A program made the translations under genes and the position numbers. Below, one piece after another: positions 35,246-46,358 of a stretch of 64,000 bases of DNA. Origin of the DNA: Hemiscyllium ocellatum (Eukaryota); assembly GCF_020745735.1 (NCBI RefSeq), contig NC_083429.1, positions 43,753,877-43,817,876 of the forward strand, in the 5' to 3' direction. How positions within the stretch are numbered: the first letter of the stretch is position 1; every line of letters starts with the position of its first letter. The notes beneath the pieces were generated by a model that was not told the origin of the DNA, did not search any database, and was given only the letters and a program-made list of their open reading frames with translations.

Positions 35246-36487
35246 AATGAAGTTGAGACAATTTATAATTTGTGGTGGATGGCTTTGATTTTCCCAACAC
35301 CCAGCTGAAGTTATGACAAAGATTTATATCCAAACCTCTTCTCACCCAAAAGACACTTCTACATTATCTAGTTAATGTCACAGCTTAAGTTTTTGGAACA
35401 GGAAACCCAGCTCTAATGTTCTGCTTCTCAGTTTGCAGTGAAGTTAACTGTAGCTACTCAATGACTGCTATAAATGAGACTAGTTGACCCAGCATGAAAT
35501 TCAGCTTTTGATTTTTCTTATTAGGATGTTTAAGAATAGAAAGTGCACAGTATACTGGACCACAAAATGAACGTTACTGTAGCCACTCTAAAGTTAAAAG
35601 CATTTTTAAGGATAACTTTATAGATTTAATGATGTAGTAAAATAGAACAAATCATGTGATCAAATTTGTAAATTGTACATGTTCATTAAATCACATACCC
35701 TCATTTCAGACATTCCTAATGCATAAGGTACTGGATCAGTTAGGAGTTTGAGGTACCCATAACAGTTAAATTTTGTTTTGTGCAGCTTCTATATTATCGT
35801 TCAATTCAATTTTGGTTTTTAATACGCTCTAGTTATAAGTGTAATCACCTTGTCAACTGTTTAAAATGGAGTAAACTTGCTGTTTATTTGTGCTAATAGA
35901 GACGCAAATATTATCTCAAAAAAATGCCAGTTTTGTTCTCAATTCTGATAAGCTTGATTGAACAATCTCAATGACAACATTCTTTGACTACACTCTTATT
36001 TGTAGGAACAGCTTGCTGTGTTTAATATTTAACTTTTGCTTTGCAGTTTTGAAGCAGGCATCGTGTCATATCAACACAATACCATGCAAATGGACCATAG
36101 TCAATAAATTAGTTTGTATATAATGGGGACATATTGCCATCATTAGAGCAAAATCTATATTTTCACAGTTTTTAAAAATAATAAAATGCTGGAAGGTGCT
36201 TCACAGAACAGAAACAATGAAGATTCTTGAGAAACGTACAATGGAATTGTATAATGCTCTGAATGCACAAGTCCTCATACATCATGCTTCTAGTTTCAAC
36301 TGTGTTATTAAATGCAAGATAGAACAGTCAGCTCTTCCTGAGCAAATATGCCAAGGGGAATTATGTAGAACGGTCCCTGTGAAGTTCCTAACAACTTCTG
36401 TATTTAGCGGAGACCAAGATCCTTTCAAACAGTGAGAAGCTGAAAGTGTGGAGACTAGAAGCCTTTAAATATTTTCAAGAGTCTTTA

Positions 36488-37986
36488 GATCTTTCAAGAG
36501 TCACTGCAGTCAGGAAAGGTCCCAGATGATTGGAAGATGGCTGTTGTAACCCCCTTGTTCAAGAAAGGATCAAGACAAAAGATGGAAAATTATAGGCCAA
36601 TCAACTTAACCTCGGTTGTTGGTAAAATTCTAGAATCCATCATTAAGGATGAGGTTTCTGAATTCTTGGAAGAGCAGAGTCTGATTAGAACAAGTCAACA
36701 TGGATTTAGTAAGGGGAGGTCATGCCTGACGAACCTGTTGGAATTTTTTGAAGAGGTAACAAGTAGGTTAGACCAGGGAAACCCAGTGGATGTGGTCTAT
36801 CTAGACTTTCAAAAGGCCTTTGATAAGGTGCCACACGGGAGGCAGCTGAGCAAGGTGAGGGCCCATGGTGTTCAAGGTGAGCTGCTGGGATGGATTGAGG
36901 ATTGGCTGTCTGACAGAAGGCAGAGAGTTGGGATAAAAGGTTCTTTTTCTGAATGACAGCCGGTGACGAGCAGTGTCCCGCAGGGTTCAGTGTTGGGGCC
37001 ACAGCTATTCGCATTATATATTAATGATCTGGATGAGAGGACTGGGGGCATTCTAGCGAAGTTTGCCGATGATACGAAGCTAGGTGGACAGGCAGGTAGT
37101 ACTGAGGAAGTGGGGAGGCTACAGAAGGATCTAGACAGGTTGGGAGAGTGGTCCAGGAAATGGCTGATGGAATTTAACGTGAGCAAGTGCGAGGTCTTGC
37201 ACTTTGGAAAAAAGAATAAAAGCATAGACTACTTTCTAAATGGTGAGAAAATTAGTAAAGCCAAAGTACAAAGGGATCTGGGAGTGCTAGTCGAGGATTC
37301 TCTAAAAGGTAAACATGCAGGTTGAGTCCGTGATTAAGAAAGCGAATGCAATGTTGTCTCTTATCTCAAGAGGGTTGGAATATAAAAGCAGAGATGTGCT
37401 ACTGAGACTTTATAAAGCTCTGGTTAGGCCCCATTTGGAGTACTGTGTCCAGTTTTGGTCCCCACACCTCAGGAAGGACATACTGGCACTGGAAAGTGTC
37501 CAGTGGAGATTCACACGGATGATCCCTGGAATGGCAGGTCTAACATATGAGGAACGGCTGAGGATACTGGGATTGTATTCGTTGGTGTTTAGAAGATTGA
37601 GGGGAGACTTAATAGAGACGTACAAGATAATACATGGCTTGGAAAGGGTGGACGCTAGGAAATTGTTTCCGTTAGGCGAGGAAACTAGGACCCGTGGACA
37701 CAGCCTTAGAATTAGAGGGGGTCAATTCAGAACAGAAATGCGGAGACATTTCTTCAGCCAGAGGGTGGTGGGCCTGTGGAAATCATTGCCACGGAGTGCA
37801 GTGGAGGCCGGTACGCTAAATGTCTGCAAGGCAGAGTTTGATAGATTCTTGATGTCTCGAGGAATTAAGGGCTACGGGGAGAATGCGGGTAAGTGGAGTC
37901 GAAATGCCCATCAGCCATGATTGAATGGCGGAGTGGACTCGATGGGCCGAATGGCCTTACTTCCACTCCTATGTCTTATGGTCTTA
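36488..37986 (+). mobile_element. relatively young CR1 LINE, 5'-truncated (RT domain plus 3' UTR), disabled
   Basis: ORFs 36537-36956, 36963-37325, 37315-37920 with NYRPINLTS, YLDFQKAFDKV, VPQGSVLGP, FADD; one in-frame stop and one frameshift; tail TCCTATGTCTTATGGTCTT. Confidence 0.96.
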
Positions 37987-38184
37987 TTTGTTCCTTAGGC
38001 TACCTAGGATTTACCATTTATTTAAAGCAGTAAACATACATCTGAACTGTAACCCATGCATGTGGATTTGAACCTGACATATGAAGAATATTCTACTGAA
38101 CAAAGAAAAACTGCATGAAAGGATTCCAGAAACCACATACTGACACAAGGATGGAACGTTATTTAGAATTATCCTCATGCTCAC

Positions 38185-38309
38185 TTGTCAACTGTGATGC
38201 AGATGATCGTACCAAGTGCCACATCTCGTGTTCCAGCTGGCATTAGGATTTTTGCCATATAACATTCTTCCAGACTCTCAAAGCCTACAGTTGCTTTGTC
38301 AGTTTCCAC
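38185..38309 (-). CDS. DLAT: DLAT exon 3 (lipoyl domain 1, lipoyl-Lys)
   Basis: [41 protein letters not shown]; 125 nt. Confidence 0.97.
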
Positions 38310-39234
38310 CTTTTGAGAAAATATGGATATATTTTAATATAGAAAGTAAAGTGGAACGCAATTGTCAGGAGAAACAATATCACATTATGTTCAAAATCAA
38401 CTACAGATATCTTTCCTTAAGATTTCCCCAAGCCAGCTGGTGTACACTAGCCTTTCTATAAGAAGCTGTTGACTCCGATGCCAAGAAGCCTATTAATATT
38501 TGTTGGCATCAATGTGACCGTGGATTTTAAAATCCGTAGTAGCTCCCAACTTTAAATGGTATAGACACTGCTTGAAATTATCCATAAACATTTGGGCTGC
38601 CTACTACTACATTCTGAAAGACCATGAGTGACACTTTATTTGTTAATTTAATAGGTTGATGCCATTTTAAACTCGAATAGGAGCTTGTTTTACCAAATAT
38701 TTTTAAAATGATTGTATATGAGAATGTTGTATGTGAATGGTCATCTTAATCCAGGTGGATCATTTACATTTTACTCTCTGATTTATAAAGGCAGCTTTAT
38801 TTATTCTCACCTATAGAAAATAGGTATGTCCCTAATAATGAATTAATGACAGACACCAGAATAACATCTATTGACATTTTATTATGACTGTAGACACTAT
38901 TACATCAAAAATACAAGAAAACAATTTTTAAGCACACGTACTGTTCCTTATTATACAAATACATTACTGACAATATCTTAATCCTGGTTATGCAATGTCA
39001 ACAGAAACCTGGGCAAGCTGTTGAATTAAAAATAACTTTCAGCTTTTATTCAAAAGAACAAGTTGGCATTGATGTGACATCTTTCACAGCCTCATGATAT
39101 CTGAGAATACTTCATGGACAATGAATGAGTTGCAATCGTCATTCAAGTGAAGGCAACAGTCCATTTGTACTCGGCAAAGTCTGACATACAAAACAATGAC
39201 CAGAGGGTCAGCACCACTAAAAGAAGTGTGTGAG

Positions 39235-40150
39235 AGATAGTCATATAGTTCTACCGCATTGAAACACATCCCTAGGTTCAATTAGTCCACACCAAACATA
39301 ATCCAAAACTAAAATCTCGCCCCACCAACCTGCACTTGGCCCATATCCTCCAAACATTTCCTTTTATTCAACTTATCCAAAATGTCTTATCATCATTGTA
39401 ACTGTAACTCCACCACTTTTGCTGGAAATTCATTCCACATAAACTACTTTGTAAAAAAAATTATCCCTCATATCCTTTTTAACTCTTTCTCCTCTCATCC
39501 TAAAAATATATCCTCTGGTTTTGAACTCTTCCAGCCTAGGGGGGAAAAAACCTTTTCATTCATCTTATCTTTGTCCCTCATGAATTTTTTTTAAAGCTCA
39601 ATAAAGGTCAACCCTCAATCTCCTATGCTCCAATGAAAAAAAGCTACCTTTCCAGTTTACTTTTACCTCAAACCTTCTATTCCCAGCAACACCCTGGTAA
39701 ATATTTTCTGATCAGTCTCCAGTTTAATAATATCCTCCCTAAACAAGGCTACTAGAACTGCTCACAATACTCCAGAGATTTGCTCACAATCACCAACATC
39801 CTGCAAAACCCTCAACATGACATCCCAACCCCAACACTCAAAAGGTTTGAGCAATGAAGGCAAATGTGCTAAACACCTTAACCACCTCATCTACCTGAAC
39901 ACCTAGATCTCTGTTCTACAACACTACCCAGGGCTCTACAATTAATTGTATGAGTCCTGACCTTGCTTGTATTACTGAAACACAATATCTCACATTAAAC
40001 TTCATCCAACACTCTGTATCCCATTGACCCAGTTGATTAAGTTCCCTTTGTAATCTTAGATAATCTTCTTCACTGTCCATTATACCAATGTTGGCATCAT
40101 CTGCAAACTTATTAACCGTGCATCCTATATTTTCATTCCAATGTTTAATG
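39235..40150 (-). mobile_element. CR1 LINE 3' fragment, diverged
   Basis: ORF 39916-40155 VNKFADDANIG...DSEEDYLRLQ. Confidence 0.85.
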
Positions 40151-40207
40151 TACACTTATTAACAGTTTCTTAATGCACATTGACAAAACAGTGTTAACTG
40201 TACATAC

Positions 40208-40309
40208 CTCAGCTATTAAATCTCCCTCGTTAATTTTATCACCTTCCTTCTTCTCCCACCGGGCTATAGTGCCCATTTGCATTGTGGGTGACAGAGCAGG
40301 TAACGTCAC
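40208..40309 (-). CDS. DLAT: DLAT exon 2
   Basis: [34 protein letters not shown]; 102 nt. Confidence 0.97.
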
Positions 40310-40914
40310 CTATAAATAAAACGATGACGAATTACACAACACTTCTGTAACTGATTAAAGAGCATCTTTGGGAAAATATTATTTTAATGAAGGCCATTAT
40401 TTGGCTTTTAGTCTAAATTTACTTGCCACGACAAAAAAATTACAGCAGAAATGAAAGAATTGACCACCATGACTATCTTAGATTCCAACAAAAATATAAA
40501 TTCTACTTCTATCCCAGATGATTTGATAACTTTGGGGGTATTTGCATCAGAAATTATGATTGCAAGCCAGGGGTCTTCTAGATATCTTCCAGTATACAAG
40601 GTAATAACTCTAATATACAGAACAGAACTTGTTTTACCAGAAACCAAACCAAATATATAGGTCACCTAACACGTCAAAATAATGTGAACTTCAGAATAGC
40701 AGAAACTTACCCAAACATTTATGCAGCAGTTTTCAAGCATCTTTACAGCTAACAACTACCTTTTAAAGTTATGGTTGTCAGAATAGTGGCAGCCAATTTG
40801 TGTACAGCAAACTTTCACAAATATTTATGATAACTGAGAAACCAGCTGTGAAAGTAATTTTAGGAATAAACATTCATCAAGGGCACCAGGAATAATTCAT
40901 ATGTTCTTTTTAAA

Positions 40915-41305
40915 ATACACCAACCCTTGCCACCACACAGGGACAGTCACACATACCCAGTCAGCACCAGCTCAATCCACTGCTGACATTATTACTCTAC
41001 ACTTATTGTCTAACTCCATTCACCATCCTCTGTCCTGAACCCTCAGCATCTCCACCCACCCCACAAAGCTCATCACAGGGGAAACTACACATGGGCTGGG
41101 CAACCACTCCAGGGCAATAATGGCCACAAAACACGGCACTATATAAATACCGGAAGAAACATCAAAGCAGCGCTTCACACGAGGCTCCAACAGCACTGAT
41201 GATGTTCCCTAGCCAGGGAACGAAACGTTTGCAGCAAAAACTTCCAGCTCGGCGAACAGAACCACAACAACGGACACCCGAGCTACAAATCTTCAATCAG
41301 ATTTT
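40915..41305 (+). mobile_element. Penelope-like pLTR (family C) with intact-looking minimal hammerhead ribozyme
   Basis: GCA-CTGATGA-T-GTTCCCT-AGCC-AGGGAAC-GAAACGTT-TGC at 41193-41232; 3' end CCCGAGCTACAAATCTT shared with the 18213 element. Confidence 0.82.
41193..41232 (+). ncRNA. candidate minimal type-I hammerhead ribozyme (PLE type)
   Basis: CUGAUGA core, perfect 7-bp stem II, GAAA, palindromic ACGU in place of helix III, GUU triplet, 3-bp stem I; activity not demonstrated. Confidence 0.65.
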
Positions 41306-41569
41306 AAACATCTATCCAAGGGGGGGGGGGGAGAGACTCAGTTTCAGCATCTCATCCAAAAGACAGCACTGCAGCAGCCCCTCAGTCCTCTGCACTGGAG
41401 TGGCAATTGGCGCTGTCATTTTCTGGGTCTGGAAGCCAGACCTTGGCACTTTGGAGAACACAGCGGCTGCAGATGGGACAGGAAGAGCCCCAGGAGCTGG
41501 AACCAAAGCGCTGCCACCTCAGTGCTGCAGGGTGACTGCAGATACTTGTCCCTGTTCAGGCTCCCCCTA

Positions 41570-42010
41570 ACCCCCCCCCCCCGCCCGCCCCACAGTGATG
41601 CTCACCAGCTGATGTGGGGGGAGGCTGTACCATCTCCTGGCCGTCACCGGTAACCCGTTCCCGGGCAGCAGGAAGTGCTGGGGCCCGCAGGCGGGGAGGG
41701 AGGCCCAGCGGCACGATGGAGGTGGAGGGCCGAGGCGGAGACCGAGCCCCGCAATGGGCGGCCGGCGCTCGGGCCGGGAGCTGGGCTTCAGGCGGACACA
41801 CGGCCTGAGCCTCGCGGCCTGGCGGAACATGTCCAGGCCGGAGAGCGGAGCCTGGCGGAGGAGACGGAGGGAAGGCCCGGGCCCCACAGACGCTCGGCGT
41901 CTCCTGGATGACCTCCGCCGTACGGCAAGACACACCGTCGTAAAACGGATATGACATCACGGGGAAACCCACTTCCGGTCCTATTGGACTCCTTCACAGG
42001 ATCACGTGGT
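41570..42010 (-). promoter_or_regulatory. DLAT CpG island and proximal promoter
   Basis: CRE-like TGACATCA 41952-41959, ETS/GABP ACTTCCGG 41971-41978, CCAAT (ATTGG) 41983-41987, E-box CACGTG 42003-42008. Confidence 0.65.
41606..41830 (-). CDS. DLAT: DLAT exon 1 (mitochondrial transit peptide)
   Basis: MFRQAARLRPCVRLKPSSRPERRPP...ARRWYSLPPHQL|GTGAGC; Arg-rich with almost no acidic residues; YSLPPHQ is the conserved start of the mature protein. Confidence 0.92.
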
Positions 42011-42169
42011 GTCTCAGTCCAGGGGAGGCTGTTCAGCCCATCGTGTCTGCAGCAGCTTCTCCAATCACCATCATTTCCTAATGCCAAAGTCCTGCTTTGA
42101 ACAGTTTTTATAATTTAAATCATTATCATACCATGCTTGGGCAAATTGTTTGAAATCTTTAAACAACTC

Positions 42170-42640
42170 AGCACACTGGCTGCCTCACAGCACCAAGGTC
42201 CCTGGTTCAATTCCAGCCTCAGGCAACTGTCTGTGTGGAGTTTGCACATTCTCCCCAGGGGTCTGTGTGGGTTCCCTCCGGGTGCTCTAGCTTCATCCCT
42301 CAGTCTGAAGATGTGCAGGTCAGGTGCACGAATTGGCTATGCTAAATTGCCCCATAGTGTTCAAACTTCCCTGATGAAGGGCTTATGCCTGAAACGTCGA
42401 ATCTCCTGTTCCTTTGATGCTGCCTGACCTGCTGCGCTTTTCCAGCAACACACTTTCAGTTCTGATCTCCAACATCTGCAGACCTCACCTTCTCCCCATA
42501 GTGTTCAAGAATGAGTAGGTTAGGTGCATTAGTCAGGGCAAATATAGAGGAGTGGGTCTGAGTGGGATGCTGTTTGGAGAGTCGGTGTGGACTTGTTGGG
42601 CGGAAGGGTGTGTTTCCTCACAGTAGGGATTCTGATTCTA
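42170..42640 (+). mobile_element. HE1 / V-SINE interrupted by a PLE-derived insert
   Basis: V-domain at 42230-42300, tail at 42510-42640. Confidence 0.88.
42365..42493 (+). mobile_element. PLE-derived short insert (family A) with hammerhead core
   Basis: CTGATGAAGGGCTTATGCCTGAAACGTC at 42371-42398; 15-bp TSD CCCCATAGTGTTCAA at 42350-42364 and 42494-42508. Confidence 0.88.
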
Positions 42641-42727
42641 ACAGTATGAAAAAAAAAATCAGGAATGTCAGAGGTCCTGCTCACTGTGAGAGCTGGCTCT
42701 GAGGAGGCCAAACCAGTGTTAAATACT

Positions 42728-42825
42728 TGGAGAAAGTGAGCACTGCAGATGCTGGAGATCAGAGCTGAAAATGTGTTGCTGGAAAAGCGCAGCAGGTCAG
42801 GCAGCATCCAAGGAGCAGGAGAAAC
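42728..42825 (-). mobile_element. PLE-derived short insert (family A), truncated before the ribozyme core
   Basis: 12-bp TSD GTGTTAAATACT at 42716-42727 and 42826-42837. Confidence 0.85.
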
Positions 42826-42923
42826 GTGTTAAATACTATGCATGCCTAAATAATGATGGGAAACCGGCCTCTGTGGAGCTATTTCAACCTCTTTCCTTCC
42901 CAGTTCCTGGAGTTAAGGACCTC

Positions 42924-43050
42924 CTAAATTGCCCATAGTGTTACATGCAGTAATCAGAGGGAAATGGGTCTAAGTGGGTTACTCTTCGGAGGTTTGGTGT
43001 GGACTTGTTGGGTCGAATGGCCTGTTTTCACACTACAGGGAATCTAAATC
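42924..43050 (+). mobile_element. HE1 SINE 3' fragment
   Basis: CTAAATTGCCCATAGTG...GGACTTGTTGGGTCGAATGGCCTG. Confidence 0.8.
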
Positions 43051-43632
43051 TTAAGGCACACTGGTAGTGTCCCTACTTCTGAACCATAAGGCCTGCATTT
43101 AAGTCGTACCCTGCTCCAGAGGTGTGTAACTAATCACTTAACAGGTTAATTTAGAAAATAACTACTCGAAGGCAGTGGGTTCGTGTAGTGATAATGCCCC
43201 TACTACTACTACTACATCTGTTCAAAGCCTACCCAGTCCAGAGATGTGTCATAACACATCCATCAGCAAATATCTACTCTAAGGAACATCTGCATTGAAG
43301 TCTTAAGGCAGAAATAATTGGCCACTAACAGCTAGAATCATCTTTTTGCCAGCTACATTAGCATTGGCAATCTTCCTTCCCAATTCCCTCAAAGTTAAAC
43401 TAGGGTGCCTTCATGGCACAGCTGAACACTGCCTTGATACTAAAGCAATCGCTCTCACCCCACTCCTGGAATTCAGGTCTGTGTCCATGTTTGATTCAAG
43501 GTTGTAATGAGGGCTGGAATGGAGTGGTCATGCACTGATGACTAAGTTATTGGCAAGTATTATTTTACAACATTACTGACAATTTCTTCCATATCATTAC
43601 TGAAGTTAGAGATTGATCCAATAGAACTTTAA

Positions 43633-43946
43633 TTAGATTAGATTAATTACTTATAGTGTGGAAGCAGGCCCTTCGGCCCAACAAGTCCACACTTATCCTC
43701 CGAAGAGCAACCCACCCAGACCCATTCCCCTACATTTACCCCTTCACCGAACACTATAGGCAATTTAGCATGGCCAATTCACCTAACCTGCATATTGTTT
43801 GGACTATGAGAGGAAATCAGAGCACCCAGAGGAAACCCACGCAGACACAGGGAGAATGTGCAAACTCCACAGAGACAGTTGCCTGAGGCAGGGATTGAAC
43901 CCGGGTCTCTGGTGCTGTGAGGCAGCTGTGCCACTTTGCCACCCAC
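43633..43946 (-). mobile_element. HE1 / V-SINE
   Basis: Reverse complement of the 3671 copy with (AGATT)n tail. Confidence 0.9.
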
Positions 43947-44354
43947 AGTTGGATTAGTACAGTTGGATTTGTTCGCATTTTTTAAAATAAGATGCAACTG
44001 GGTGATTTTCCACGGTGTCAAATAGATGATAATGTTGTCGCTGTACTGTAGTGATTTATCTAGAAGCATGGCTGGTTTAGGAGCATAGATCTTCAAATCT
44101 AAAATGTTCCTGAAACTGTACTGCAAAAGAGCAGGGAAGTTACCCTGTTGTCAAGGTTAATATTCCTCAATCAATATAGATTCACAGAATCATGATGTTT
44201 TTTTGTCTTCAGTTCCTCTTGTGACAAATTATATAACTGTTACTTTCCTCATAATTTGTTTCAATTTATGTTATGCCATCAGCAAATTTGGCAGTTATAT
44301 CTTCAGTCACTTCAGCCAAATCAATCATTCAACCAATCTTCTATGTTTAAAGGC

Positions 44355-44460
44355 CAAAGTGAGGACTGCAGATGCTAAAGATTAGAGTCAAGTGTGGTGC
44401 AGCAAAAGTACAGCAGTAGCAACCGAGGAGCAGGAAAGTCGACGTTTCGGGCAAAAGTCT
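44355..44460 (-). mobile_element. PLE-derived family A fragment
   Basis: AAAGTGAGGACTGCAGATGCT...GAGGAGCAGGAAAGTCGACGTTTCGGGC. Confidence 0.75.
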
Positions 44461-44542
44461 TATGTATGTATGCCAATATACTATCCCTTATAACACAAGC
44501 TTTTATTTTTACAATAAATTTTGATGTGATAGTTCAGAAAAT

Positions 44543-44842
44543 CATAGAAGGAGGAAGGAGGGTATTTGGCCCATCAAGTCCATATCACACTCTCGAGCAT
44601 CTCACTTAGACCCATCCACCTACCCTATCCCTATAATCCTGCATTTCCCATGACTAATCCACCTAGCCTGCACACCCTTGGACACAACAGGCAATTTAGC
44701 ATGGCCAATCTACCTAACCTGCACATCTTTGGATTGCAGGAGGAAAACTGGAGTAGCCAGAGAAAACCCACACAGTCACAGGGAGACTGTGCAAACTCCA
44801 CATAGACAGTTGCCTGAGGTTGGAATTAAACCCAGGTCCTGG
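44543..44842 (-). mobile_element. diverged V-SINE (HE1-related)
   Basis: GCAATTTAGCATGGCCAATCTACCTAACCTGCACATCTTTGGA...GCAAACTCCACA. Confidence 0.8.
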
Positions 44843-45889
44843 CGCGATTACCTAGTCATCATCGCATTGCATGCCACACATTCATCTTTAAGAGCTTCTT
44901 TAGCATTATAGTCATTATATTAACTGCCCTTGACAAGATTAATATTGACACTTTGTGATTGTAACAGTCTCCAAATTAATGTCTCCAGTATCAAAGCAGT
45001 CAACTATACCCATTATTCAACACTTTCTCTCTTTTGATATCTAACCCTCTCAGCCAGCGTTATCTGACCAGAGGCAGTATAGCCCCCAAGATGTTTTCTT
45101 GGTCCTGTGTCAACCCAGTTACCTTTCCTATGTTCCGAAATCGATCCTAGCCTCCTTGTATGACTCATTTATACAAAATTAGTCACTATTATTTGAAATG
45201 ATAGGACCAATTTTGATATATACAATAACATAACCAGTGAAACTTCCCATTTGGTCAGTTCCCCGACAGTCAGCGTGTTACCTGATACTTACCATCAGCT
45301 GCTCAAGTTTGGCAAACTGGTAGTCATTCTTTTTATTTCAACTTGGAAATCCAAGGCTTTAGCTATTCACTACAGCCTCTTACTAAAGGTTCAACTTGTT
45401 AGTGCATTGTCTTAGTATTTTGTGAGACCTTGAGTTGTACTTCAAGTATAACATCAATCCATGAACAAGATGACATATTTCCAGATCCAGGGCCATCCCA
45501 CCCTCTTCCTGAGCGTACCTTGCAATTTCTGTTGTTATGCATTTCTCAACTTACATTCCCACTGGTCAGCAGGCTTTGGTCTTTGCCTGTAAATGGTTTT
45601 GCAGTTGACCAGCGGCATTGCACACCTGCCAGGATTCTGCTTCCAATTGCAAGATTGTCAGTTCCCTCCTATGAATTGAAATCAGTCCAAATTTTTTTTT
45701 TCCAATTTTCCTCAATATACATATTCCACCTAGATCACTCCAATAATCTATCAAGTGATGTGTGCCAATTCATTTCAGTTCAAGTGCAAAACAGCTATAC
45801 CAGTTTCAATGACAGTAACAATCACAGTTCTAATGTTTCTGCTTATGAGCAAATCCAACTTAGGCGTCATATCTATAAGATAGCGACTC

Positions 45890-46358
45890 ATTAATCTTAT
45901 AAGGAATTTAAGAGATGCTTCTTTACTCAGGGCTTAGGATGTGAAACTTGCCACATGGAAATGTTGAGATAATTATAACAGATATATTTAAGGGGATGCT
46001 AAATAAGAACTTGAGGGAGGAAGGAATCAAAGGTTATACTAATAGCTGAAGATGGATGAGAGGAAGCTCATATGCAGCATTAAAAAAAAGGCCATTTGGA
46101 TTACACTTCATAGTTTTAAATTGAGGGATGATAGATTTAGGACAGATGTCAGGGGTAATTTCTTTACTTAGAGTAGTAGGGGCGTGGAACGAATGCCTGC
46201 AACCATAGTAGACTCGCTGGCGTTAAGGGGATATAAATTGGCATTGGACATACACATGAATAATAATAGAACGGTGTCGGTTAGATGAGCATCAGATTAA
46301 TTTTGCAGGTTGGCAACATCAAGGGCAACATCTGTACTGCACTGTTATGTTCTATGTA
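45890..46358 (+). mobile_element. CR1 3'-end fragments
   Basis: TTCTTTACTCAG.GG / TTCTTTACTTAGAGTAG and tail CTGTTATGTTCTATGT. Confidence 0.6.

Larger units (their letters stand above)
40715..41440 (-). mobile_element. Deu-domain SINE (SacSINE1-like) split by a PLE insertion
   Basis: GGCAGCCAATTTGTGTACAGCAA (40788) and CATCTCATCCAAAAGACAGCAC...CTGCACTGGAGT (41347) are two halves of one element. Confidence 0.6.

Noticed and set aside
36537-37920. Apparent active reverse transcriptase gene
   Set aside because: 5'-truncated CR1 with an in-frame stop and a frameshift and no endonuclease domain
30385-40309. Apparent exon duplication within DLAT
   Set aside because: These are the two normal tandem lipoyl domains of vertebrate E2
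45430-45894. 154-aa ORF between DIXDC1 and DLAT
   Set aside because: Non-ATG start, no recognisable homology or splice context; likely chance
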